From Obrimoposthia wandeli (lineage: Eukaryota), in the NCBI GenBank assembly GCA_977020255.1, contig CDROCS010001661.1:1-64000 (forward strand): DNA of 64,000 nt. Reading direction: 5' to 3'. Shown piece by piece: positions 52,798 through 64,000 of the stretch; position 1 is the stretch's first letter; every line of letters begins with the position of its first letter. Made by a program: the position numbers and the translations under genes. The notes beneath the pieces are model-generated. The model saw only the letters and a list, made by a program, of their open reading frames with translations, did no database searches and was not told the DNA's origin.

Positions 52798-54043
52798 AAA
52801 ATCTATACATGTCAAATGTTATTGATGTTCTTTTGCAGTAACCTGCAACACTCATAGAAGAGAGACCAAACGCATTAGAAAGTCGAAAACCAATATTCTA
52901 CATTCTACGGAGACATTAATGGAACATTAAAATAAACTTCCTTATCCTATTATTGAGGAAAATTTTAATATATTTAATAATATTTTTTATCTAAATATTT
53001 TATAATATTTAACAATTCTTTATTGCATGGTCCTTCAAAGGTAACTGAGGAGACTTGGCGATAAATTTCTCCTTTCTCGCGGAAACGGGTAAAGCGAGCA
53101 GATGTGCAGAAAACGAAGCGCTCCAAAAGTGTATCACCGCAATGTTCAATTCTAGAGAAGCAGTGATTGATCATGGACTGGGATGAAGCTGGATTGGACG
53201 AATTGCCTGCAGAACTGGAGAATCCGGAACCGACAATGCTTCCAGATTCGCGAGGGCAGCAGGATGCGGTCTCACGTCAGCTTCAGCATGAGAAGGAGAA
53301 ACTGAAGAAAGCTTCGTGGAAGAGGAAGGCCATCAGGTCATCAGGAGATTCTCCCATTTCCAGTGGACTACGGGCCAATTTTGTTCGAGAGGATACCAGT
53401 CTCTCCAATCGAGATTAGTCCGCCTCACAGTCAACGATGTCTGCAGGAGACAGAACCGGCTCCATTAAGCACCAGGTAAAATTTGGCCAGGGCTTGGGAC
53501 ACTGCTATCCCTCTGCCAACAGCATCTACCTGCCAGAACTTGAAGAGGGTCTGAGATGAAGCTAGATTAGATATTACGGTTTTTGGTATTTTTTAAGATT
53601 AAGTTATAACTTTTGCAATTTAAATTTTTTTAGTACACTACCTAGAATTTTAATCTTTTTTATGCATTACCTGTCAAAAGGCTGCACCATTGTGTACACT
53701 GTTCCAAAAAACCAAGATGATATGTGGAAAAAGTCATTTCAAAGACGTTATATGCACTGCTAAGTTATTAAAATAACAGAAAAATGATGTATGTAACAAA
53801 TTCTTTATATTTTAGTTATTTATGGTATTGATTTCTATATTTCGTTAAAGTTTTAAACTAAGAAAAAAACGACAAAAATTCAGTAGTCACCTTCAATAAA
53901 TATTTGGTATTTACTGATAACAGACATGTTTTTATTTACTATTATAGTTGACTGGAATTGACATCTCATTCACTGACAGAAATAAGTGAAACCATCGAGA
54001 CGTTTGATATAAAGTTAATCGTCTTTGTAATGCTAATAGTGTG

Positions 54044-54354
54044 CAATTTGTTATTTCTATTGTCTCTTTTAGTAGGTGAAAGGATGAAGATTATCCCAAC
54101 CATATACTCAAACCTTCATATTTGAAACTTGATTTGGCCTTTAGTCCGACCATTTCATTTACGGACGACCACAATCCTTTAGATGTGATGGCCAACCATA
54201 GTTGACCTCAGTTTTATCTCTAAATCTTCAAGTTATAACTGAACCTGGGTTTTCATCTATAGACGTCCATAACCCTCTAAGTGTGTTGGTCAACTATATA
54301 TGGTCACAATCATACCTTCAAAGTTTCATAACCTATCTTAGCCAGACCCTTGTG
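54044..54354. mobile_element. 311-bp insertion with 5-bp flanking duplication GTGTG
   Basis: The empty site taata-gtgtg-acagg is seen in the 43.26k and 7.89k copies. Internal repeats resemble the reverse complement of 13280-13400. Confidence 0.6.
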
Positions 54355-55572
54355 GTGTGACAGGTCATCCTTGCGGGATTATGCAATCATTTTCGGTATT
54401 ATGTTTTGGTGTGCGCACAAAGCCAATCTATCAATTTGTAAATACAATTTAAACTTTTAATGTCTATTGAAAGTTCTTGAAAAATAAGTTCTGACACCAT
54501 TCATCATTTACTTAAAAAAGAATGTGTTTATGTATTTGCCAAACAGCTTATAGAAGTTATCATTGAACTAAAATGGCATTGTTTAGTATAAAATGTATTA
54601 AAATATTTAAACTATGAAAAATGCGTACTAATAATACTTTTTGATCTATCTGCCGCATTTGAATTGTGGAGAGCTTAATTGGTTTAAAAGGGATTTTATT
54701 TAGCGGAAACTATCTGTTAAAATTTGATGATACTGTTTCAGACCCTGAATACTTAAAATGCAGTGTTTGCCCGGTGTTCGTTACTTGATCCAATCTTATT
54801 CTCTATTTATATTTAGGTTTTTATAATTTTTCATTATTTTCCCACTTTAGAAAAAGTTTTATCGGTAATGTTTGATTATTTAACATTATTTTTAGTAAAA
54901 ATATAAAATATATTAATTTGTGTATTTAAATAAAATTATATTATTAAACGGATATGTATTATAAAATTTTAATTAATTAAAATTTAGTTAATTAATATTT
55001 CAATAATAAAAATTCAAATATAATAAAAATTAATTAAAAAATGGTAAAAGTATTAAAATTACCCGCCAGTATTCCATAACCCTTACCTTGTATCCTCACT
55101 AGATTTAAAATTTAATAAAAAAATCTAAAAAGTTTAAATAAGATAGTTTATTTTTAACATTAAATATATATCAAGTATTAAATATAAAAAATGAATAGTT
55201 AGTAAGTTCTCACTTTCCTAATGTTTTTTTCATTTGTATTTCAGATAGAACAAATATTGTAACGGCTTTTATTGCAGTGTAAAATAAAACACTCAAATCC
55301 CCTCCAGCATCATTGAGTGGATTAAATCAACCTGTATTCTTACATTTTGTGGACGCCAACTACATGGTTAGTTAAAGGTTTGAAGTGTAAATATTGTTAA
55401 ATATATTGTTAATAAAAAAATTAAAAGCATGTTATTTATAATGTTATATTAAAATAAATAACTGCCTTTGTTCAATTTAATAATATTAAAAGTAATTTTA
55501 TACAAAGTAATTTTTGAAAGATTACTAAATTTATTAAAAAAACAAAGCCTTTTTGGTACTTGTCAAAAGAAT

Positions 55573-56442
55573 TCAATTTTCATGTGGACAAAATATGTCC
55601 AACTCGTGTAATTCTAGGGTGCAGTTGTGACAGATCCTGTGGCCACAAATACCTAAGGTCTTGGGGCTCTCATGGAGTCGCTCAACATCAACGATTTCTT
55701 CTCGGCACATGGCACAATGGTGCATTGAAGCTCTTCCAAAAAGCACTATTTTCATGTTACCTCTCAGCTGAGTTGGCAGCTTCGTCGTGAGGAAGTAGAT
55801 CTTGAGATCGACTACACCTTCCCGTGTGATGTCGACCAGTAGTTCTAAATCTTGACACAAAGATCGGACCCGGTCCAAATCGCCACCTATGGCCCCTAAC
55901 ACGCTGCAGATGTGTACAAGAGATAACAGTTGTGTTTGCACATCTTTCATGCCATTCAAAGACGACTCCAGACTGTCAGAGCCTTCTGAGTTCTGTTCTG
56001 TTTCCAGGACCTTGATGAAGTTTTCTGTGAACTCATCCTCGAAGCTTTGCATAGTGTTGCACAAATACGAAAGACAATGGAACCACTTTTCCAGTGTCGG
56101 TCCGTGATCCCGTTGTTGTGCAGCTAATTCTAGAAAACCATGGGTCAGCACCATCTGGGTCGTCAGCACCTCATACAAGACCGAACACTTCGCTTTTGTA
56201 TCCTCCACAATCTCTCTGCACAATCCTTCCCATTCTTTCCGCAGAAGTGTGGCCACTCTAACTCGGCTCTCAGTGCCATTTTGACAAATGAAGATGTACT
56301 GCAATTCATTTCGTTCAAATGGACAGCTACAGTTGACTAGCATCCATACCTTGAGACACTCGGTGTGGAAATAGTGTCTGCACTCAGTCACACAAACTTC
56401 ACCATCCTCTAGCTCTCCAGTACAAATGATACATGAATCCAT
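55573..56442 (-). CDS. Twin-RING protein, intact copy 4
   Basis: 289-aa ORF with six amino-acid differences from copy 3; all metal ligands are retained. Confidence 0.9.
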   Translation of the reverse strand: MDSCIICTGELEDGEVCVTECRHYFHTECLKVWMLVNCSCPFERNELQYIFICQNGTESRVRVATLLRKEWEGLCREIVEDTKAKCSVLYEVLTTQMVLTHGFLELAAQQRDHGPTLEKWFHCLSYLCNTMQSFEDEFTENFIKVLETEQNSEGSDSLESSLNGMKDVQTQLLSLVHICSVLGAIGGDLDRVRSLCQDLELLVDITREGVVDLKIYFLTTKLPTQLRGNMKIVLFGRASMHHCAMCREEIVDVERLHESPKTLGICGHRICHNCTLELHELDIFCPHEN

Positions 56443-56619
56443 TCTATGATTTGATAAATTTTGTATTAAAATTATGTATTATCTTTTCAGAAAATTCAAT
56501 TTTATCTAAATATTTTTTTGTAATAATGTATTGGTTGAAAATAAATTTATAAATATCCTTAATTGTTGAAAGAATTTTATTGAAATGAATTTATTATATC
56601 GTTTCTGAATACTAAAAAG

Positions 56620-57120
56620 TATTTGGAGCAATATAAGGTTAACAAATTATGAAGAATAATTTTATGCCAATCCGTATATACCAGTATATTATACTTCCTC
56701 ATTGTTTAATGTCTCGTTGAGAAGAGTGGGTCTTCTCAGTATCGAAACAGTTGGTTTGCTTCCCTCAAGTTAGTTTTTATTTTATTTTCATATTGAATTT
56801 TTTAGGAAGTTGTCGTGTTATGGGATGCAAAACACCATTGAATTAGATCAATTTACTCTTTGGAATTCAAATCGGCGCCAAACAATCAATCATAGTTTCA
56901 TAAAATCTTGGGAAACCAATAAATCTTTATAATTTTACAGAGAAAATGAAAGAACGATGCATGTTTGAACCTGAAAAGTTTCCTGCACTCAGATATTTGA
57001 CGTTTACACCGCTATGTGTAAATATATTTTTCAGTGGGAAACTTATGATTTTGAGATCGATAAATTTGGATTATCAATACGCTGTTGAATCGAATATTGA
57101 AAATAAATTATTATATGAAA
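56620..57120 (+). pseudogene. TBP-like gene remnant, copy c, with intact 37-nt GT-AG intron
   Basis: ETVGLLPS|(R)SCRVMGCK across intron 56769-56805, then FEPEKFPALRY..PLCVNIFFSGKLMIL; in-frame stops are present. Confidence 0.85.
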
Positions 57121-57137
57121 GTCTAGATGTAAAGAAG

Positions 57138-57768
57138 ATGAATAAAAATACCGTATTTCAAATAGTTGATCCCAGTGGAAAGTGGATCCCAGGAAATTGT
57201 TACAAAATGAAACTATTTTCAATTCCAGTTTTAAAAATATTTTTTAGTATCATGGTGGAGGAGGGGAAAGTGGGATAGACCAAACAGAAGTTTGCAAGTT
57301 GAAGGTAATAATATTTATTGAAGGATTTGATACGACTTGTGCGAAAGATTGAAGAAATAAAATATATAAATTATTGATGATTAGTATCAAGAAGCTAACA
57401 AGGAATCGGACTTTAATAATTTATTTACAAAGATTGCAAGACATCGTGAAGTAACAGATATATTTATCACTCAAAATCTTTTTCATCAAGGATGTCATCA
57501 TAGATCAAGATATTTTAATATACATTACTTAGTATTATTTAAAAATTCGAGAGATCAAACAGTTGTAGATTTCGTGGCCAGACAAGCTTTTACCCAAAAT
57601 AAAAACTTTCTAGTTCATTCATTCCATGATGCTGATAAACAAGCACATGGATATATATTTATTGAATTTACACAAGCCTGCTTATATGATTTACGTGTTT
57701 TAACATATATATTTAATTCTAAGGGAGTAACTGTTTATAAACAAAAAGAAAAAAATTATAAAAAATAA
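57138..57768 (+). pseudogene. Polinton packaging ATPase remnant, copy c
   Basis: 57370-57768 is one frame with a single stop: IIDD*YQEA...LFTKIARHR..IFITQNLFHQG....NIHYLVLFKNSRD...VARQ...HGYIFIEF...LRV. Confidence 0.88.
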
Positions 57769-58321
57769 TTTGCATTGCATTTTAAGAAGTTGATAGTAAA
57801 CGTAAATGCAAAGAAAAAGTAAAGCCTAAGAGATCAAGAAAAAGAATCAGTAAGATAAAAAGTGAATAAATTAATCAAGTCTGTAGTTCGAAGTAAAAGT
57901 AAACTTAAATGGCTTTGAATATAAAGATATTAAACACGCACATTTTTTAAATGAAGAAAGTACAAAGAAGCATATCCAATATTTTTAATCTAATTATATT
58001 CTATAAAATGAAATATTTTATTATCAATTAATTTCATATCTCTAGTATATGTTGGGCTCTATTAAATACAAAAATTGTAATTTAATTTTAATACATACAA
58101 ATAAAAATGACCAGGGGGCTAAATATTCTGAGTTACATAAATTAAAATGTCAATATTTTAACACATGAATACATGAACATAACACAAAAATAAAAATAAT
58201 TATCTGTAGTATTCTTCGTAGGAGGATGTCCAGTAAAATTATTGAATTTAATTTCCAAAAACAAATTTAATTTCTTTTTAGTTCCTATGTAGTGCTTGGG
58301 TCTCTCTGTTGGGGAATTTGA

Positions 58322-59680
58322 AGGAATGCAATAGCGTTAGTGTGTGACATTTCAAAGATGTATTTACATATGAAGGTATGTAAGGAAGACCGCCCATGGC
58401 TAAGGTTTTTAGGGAAAAATAGAGAGAACCTGAGGGATATGTATGAATTTCAGAAAGTAGTCTTTGGAATAAATGCTTCGCCGTTAATGGCTCAAATCGT
58501 AACCCAAGTAAACGCAGATAACTTTAAGGTATGGCGCAGTAGTATACATGCGTAATGAATACGCAGGCAAAGTGACTATGCGATTGATAATTTAGACTTA
58601 GAAGAAATACAGTCAGATTAAGAGAAAAAGAAACGGTACAAGGAAGTAACAATGTTCATACAGGAAGATTGAAAATAGAGACTTATTCCGACTTAACGAG
58701 ATTGAAGAGAGTCTTAGCTGGGATACTAAGATTTGCACGAAATATAAAGTTACCTCAAAATCGCAGACTTGTAGGCGAGCTGAAAATGGATGAAGTGGAA
58801 AAAGGGATGCAGTTGTTGATAAAGCATGAACAAATTCAGTATTTCTGCAAGGAATACCAACGGTTAATAAAGAAGAAAGAGATTGAGATAACAAGCTCAT
58901 TATTAAAGTTGAAACCGTGGGTTGATGAAATAGAAATAATCAGAGCCAATACCCAAATTATGAATGCGGTGTTTTTAGATAATGACACAAAATATCCCAT
59001 TTTGTTATCAGAAAAGAGTTGGCTGACTAGATTAATCATAAAGGATACACACGAGAGGTTACGGCATTACGCCAGAGTACAGAATATACCGAATGAGAGC
59101 CAAAAGAAATATTGGATTCCTAAAGTACAAAGAGTAATCAAAGAAATAGAGCGAGAATACTTCGACTGCAATAAAGGTAAAGTCGCAGGGATCGTCAAAG
59201 ATATGGCTTCCTTGCCGGCATTCAGATTCGAAATACCGTTAAGGGCCTTTGCAAACGTCGGAGTGGATTTTGCAGGACCATTTATCACAAAGGAAGGACG
59301 TGGAATAGTGAGGACTAAGATATACCTTTGCCTTTTACATGCTTACAAACGCAGGCCATTCATTTAGAGATGGCTTATGGTTTGGATATCGATGGGTTTA
59401 TTAGGGCATTAAAATAATTTATAGGAAGAAGAGGGAGACCACAAATGATAATATCGGATAATGGCACAAATTTTTGTAGGGGCGGTGAATGAAGTGAGCG
59501 AATTGATACGGGATGGTTATCAGATTCAAAAGGAGTTAGTAAAGGAGGAGATACGTTGGGTCTTCAACCCACCACATGTACCACATTTTGGAGAGGTCTT
59601 TGAGATCATGATAAAATGTGCCAAAAGGGCTATATACCGGATACGAAGAGGAAATAACGTAAGTAAAATAACATATTGTT
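58322..59680 (+). mobile_element. BEL/Pao pol remnant (RT fragment plus integrase)
   Basis: CDISKMY...WLRFL...VFGINASP (Pao RT), KYPILL, NVGVDFAGPF, SDNG, W.FNPPHVPHFG.VFE.MIK. Confidence 0.92.
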
Positions 59681-60103
59681 AATGCTTCAATAAAATGATT
59701 TTTTCAAATAAAAATCTAAACTATTTTTTCAAATACTACTAAAAGAAATTGAATATTTAAAAAAAGGAGTAATTTATCGGCCAGTACCAGCTGGTTGCAT
59801 CTCTGTTATGCATATTAAAACAGAAACAAAAACATTGTATAATACCAATTGTAACGCATTTAAAAATATAAAAACCATATAATGCAGCTTGTGAGTTACA
59901 TTTTTCTGAGTGTTAAATTAGCAAATGATATTTAAAAAGAGTTATAACAAAAAACTATATTTCGATAACATGCTCATCCAAATCAGTTAATGTGCATTAA
60001 ATTTCTTTGTACCATCACGGGATATCAAAATACTTCTTAATTACATTTCAAACAAATAAAAACCTTGAGAAATACAAACTATGTCGATGTAATGAGTAGT
60101 GAT

Positions 60104-60500
60104 TCATTCACCGTTGACAGCGAAGTCCTTGAACATTGCATACCCGTATTTGTCTGTCCCGATACCCACGAATCCACCATGCGGAAGGTCCATTTGCATA
60201 TTTGAAAGTTTAATCACAAGTTGGTTGTCGATATAGAACCAACCGTCATCACCCTACAACATTTAGAGGGTCACCAAAAACAATGCAAATAAAACTATAC
60301 ACCACCGAAAAGGCGGATCGGAGAAATATTAATATATAAAAACTTAAAATGAAATTACAAGTTATTTTGAAGAAAAACTAAACAATTAATACAACATTAC
60401 TCACTTTCATCTCTAACTTCAATTGATACCAAATCCCTTTCTTTACTTTCGGTTCATATACGGCTTGATAAATTGATGTATCCAATACAGCTACAATGAA
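60104..60500 (-). pseudogene. GALC: 3' exons of a galactocerebrosidase-like (GH59 C-terminal lectin domain) host gene
   Basis: Exon ...KVKKGIWYQLKLEMK|GTGAGT, intron 60254-60404, then exon GDDGWFYIDNQ...PHGGFVGIGTDKYGYAMFKDFAVNGE*. This resembles the recalled GALC terminus WYTLTLTIK|G...GWAAIGT..F.FAQFDNF.V. Upstream exons are not recoverable. Confidence 0.55.
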
Positions 60501-60780
60501 GACCATTGTCACATTTTCCACTTGATATTATACTGTTAACAAATAAGATGTCCCCATACTTCACTTACTGAATATTACATTTAGAAACATTTCTTGTGCA
60601 GCAAATAAATAATAACACTGGACAACAAAATATAAATTTCTTTCTGATTTTTTATAATCATGAGTCTGGATAAATTTTTATATTGATTCCAACAAAATCA
60701 CCCTTTAATCTGTATCCTATCCACTTTTCTCAAAAATACTATATGTTTCAAAATTTTAATTAGTAAAAGATTTAATTTTT

Positions 60781-63700
60781 GATTGTCTGTTGCAATTTGG
60801 TTGAGACTTTTTAAAATTTAAACTCAAGCAGTAATCAGCCATCATATTTCAATTCCATTGCTCTTTATAGCGTCATTCCATTCCAGTAATATCTCGATGG
60901 AAACGTATAAAATGTTCTTCAAAGATGCTCATAATTTTTTTGGATACATTTTAAATTTATTTGTTTATTAATAAATCCATTGATTACTCTGATTTCATAT
61001 TTACACTTAAAATTCTTCTACCACATAGAGATTTTAAACAAAAATAGAAATTCGAAAATCGATAAATTATCGTCATAAAAATGAAATGTTGCATTTAAAT
61101 TAGTATGTTCCTTTACATATTATATAATTTATAGTAACTTCATGCATGTATTGCGTAATATATGGAAAATAATTTGAAAATAAATATTTTCCTTTTGACA
61201 AAAATCTAAACATGCTGGAATGTTTTGATTAGCATATTTGAAAGTTCTGTACTAGAATTTTATTGTAATATTTAATCACCAAAATATGAATTGTGCCGTG
61301 TTATTACGTTTATAATATATTTACAAATTAGACAGAAATCTAATATTAAAAATTAGTTACTTAGCGACATAGGGTAACCAATATTAAGCTACTTCCAAAC
61401 ACATTGCAAACAAAGAGACAAACATGAAGTACAATGCAACTTTAACTTGCTCGTTTAGATTCAGTGACATGCTGTCTTTGAAATCTTTGTTTGATTGTTA
61501 TTTATTTTATTCACAATTATCAATACTTACATTATAACTTTATATTCAATAATAGTTTTACAAATTAACTCTACAGATCAACACTCAATAATTTATTGAA
61601 TAACACTTTACTATATTCAAAATGTACTATGTACCACAAACGTCTCATTACGTCTGGCTATTATAAACATTACAAACCGCACACACGTAAGTGTGTATCC
61701 AACAACACAATTTCCAATTACATACCACCGACTCATCTAACCTATTTCTTATTTAGTATCTTGGCCAGAAACACAGTTTTACCCAATTTGCGACAGGATC
61801 TGTGATTCTATTCACATATCAACTGCAGGTATTAATTTATTAACTTTACTAATTTAATTTACTAATCTACAACAGGTGTAGCATAAATACACCATAATAA
61901 TTTTAAACTCTCACACTCATCGAATATAAAGCACTTATGAATAACTATGGGCCTATCGCTGGCCCATTCAAATTAATTGTTGATTTAGCAAACTTGCATA
62001 GTCAACATTGATGATTTCCCAATTCTTGATGTTATAGCGTGATATTATTTGAATGGTGGGGAAAATGAACATTACCCACTGAATTGGTTTGTGATCCTAA
62101 CATTAGAGCTGCTGACGTTGAGCCATAAGAAGATCCCCTGGGCACTATTTAAAGCACATCCGCTTGTGGTAATTCGTACACCAACGAAGGCCGAGTCAGC
62201 GGACAATGGAAGCGGAGGCACCATAATTTTCACAGAAATCACGATATAAGAACTAGACACAATATTAAATATTAAATATGATAGTTGAAATTGTTATTAT
62301 TGAAATAATTATTATCAAAACAAGCCAGGGTACTCAGATGTGGGGATTTTTTCATCCATAGATGAAAGGGTCTGGCTCAATTATAACTTGACGGTTTGAA
62401 GGTATGGTTGGCCAACATACCCAAGGCGTTGTGGTCGTCTATATATGAAGGGGTCGGGATCAGTTACGACTTGAAGTTATATTTGATGTCATCTCAATTT
62501 TTAAAATTTATTTAAATCTGAACTTTAAATTTTACTGGGATATTTTTCTCCAATATATATATTATCTGATATATTCTTCAACAGTATCAAATTAACAATA
62601 TTTCCTACCTTTTTCTTTGCATATATGCAATGTATATGTAGGAAATTTTATAACATCAACATATTTTTCTTCAATGAAGACATCATTGTATAAAAGTACA
62701 TTAATCCTTATATTCGGATTCTTTGTCTCAAACTTTAATATATTTGAAATCTTCATTGGCATATCTGTTTCGTCAAACATCAAATCTTTCAAAACTGGTG
62801 AATACTTTCATACAAGAGTTGTATGATTAGTAATCTCACCATGTTTCAAAACAGCCAGAATTACATAAATAAAACACAGATTGTCATTGTTTTGAAAACT
62901 TACAATAGCTTTACTTTTTTATAACGATTTTGGTGTTGGAATGTTTGAATGTCCAGATAATGCAGATCTTTCACTATATTTCGTTATGACAAATACATAG
63001 TCTAAAACTTTTATTAATTTCCATCCACTTCATTTTCGGAATATTCTTCAACTCTCTTATCCATAGTTTCTTCGATTTCAGGCATTTTTCATAAATAAAT
63101 ATGACCGCCTTATGAGACCGTTCTCCTTTTTTAATTTCATCCGTATAATGTATTGAATTTTTGCATTGCCCATATTATTCATTATTTCTGCTACTTTAAA
63201 TAGAAGATTATTCGGAATTTTTAAATCAATAAGATCTAGATGAGCAACTTTCATTGTCGAAGCCGGAACTGCGATTGGAGTCAAATCATAATTTAAAGCT
63301 ATAGTCGGAATTGAATTTAAAAATCTTTTTTCTACTTATAAATGCTATTAAATAATGTTTTCTATAAAATTCTTATAATTATCCAGTTCTGTAGTTGAAC
63401 AATATGGACAAATATAATACATGCCTTAACGATATTTATACCCATAATATTGTTGTATTTTATTGTGACCTTTTTCTAAATCCAAATGTTGAAGTTCTTG
63501 ACAATGAGATAGATATTACGCTAATTGCGCTAGATAACAAACTACAAAGAAAGTATTAGGTTTGAAAACTGTTCAATTATCTAGTAATTAAAACTATAAT
63601 AAAGAAATACAATAAAGTTTATAAATAGTATTAAACTAAACATTGAAAATATAATTGTCGTTTTTATCAATTATTTAATTGTCTTTTATTACAAAGTAGA

Positions 63701-64000
63701 CAATATCTAACAAATTAATTCACGTACTATTTTATATTGACAAAAGAATCATTGTTGAAAAGGATTAATACACAGATTAACTAGAAGATATAAGGAGAAA
63801 ATAGTGTTTTACTGATAATAAGCATTTTAAGCTGACCAAAAAATTATTAATGTTATTTATATACTATTTTTTTAAAATATTTATTTAACATTAAGAGTAC
63901 ATGAAATAAGGTTTTAGTGAAATAAATCAGTGGCTTCAGTATGGGGAGTATGGCAATATGATCTGGGAGGTGATCACAAGTTAGTTGGTCGAGTGAAATT
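60781..64000 (+). repeat. 3.2-kb direct duplication of 17524-20746 (runs off window)
   Basis: Colinear and near-identical from gattgtctgttgc to gagtgaaatt. Confidence 0.96.
62520..63380 (-). pseudogene. Polinton PolB N-terminal fragment, copy 4 (no solo LTR)
   Basis: Copy of 19265-20125. Confidence 0.85.

Larger units (their letters stand above)
39777..52888 (+). repeat. 13.1-kb direct duplication of 4395-17520
   Basis: Colinear and near-identical from actacagacttgatt to aaagtcgaaa. Confidence 0.97.
53581..58321 (-). repeat. Inverted, diverged copy of 39345-43523
   Basis: Reverse-complement match at both ends. It contains the RING, TBP-like and ATPase cassette and a private 311-bp insertion. 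Confidence 0.93.

Overview
Very AT-rich eukaryotic DNA, almost all mobile-element debris that has been repeatedly duplicated and inverted. No RNA genes or CRISPR arrays were seen. The recognisable pieces are fragments of a Polinton/Maverick (adintovirus-like) element (protein-primed PolB N- and C-terminal parts, A32-type packaging ATPase, TBP-like gene, AG-starting terminal repeats), Ty3/Gypsy and BEL/Pao remnants, a 791-bp solo LTR with TSD, a Tc1/mariner remnant and the last exons of a GALC-like host gene. The only long intact genes are two of four copies of an intronless 289-aa twin-RING protein, which lies head-to-head with a decayed TBP-like/ATPase cassette. Architecture: a 13.1-kb and a 3.2-kb direct duplication, three multi-kb inverted duplications, and perfect 45-bp-arm hairpins inside the element terminus. 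The best candidate for an undescribed system is a Polinton-type endogenous virus carrying a twin-RING (putative E3) gene and intron-containing TBP-like genes, with fold-back hairpin ends. All family assignments are from motif recognition by eye. Some duplications could be haplotype, WGA or assembly artefacts.
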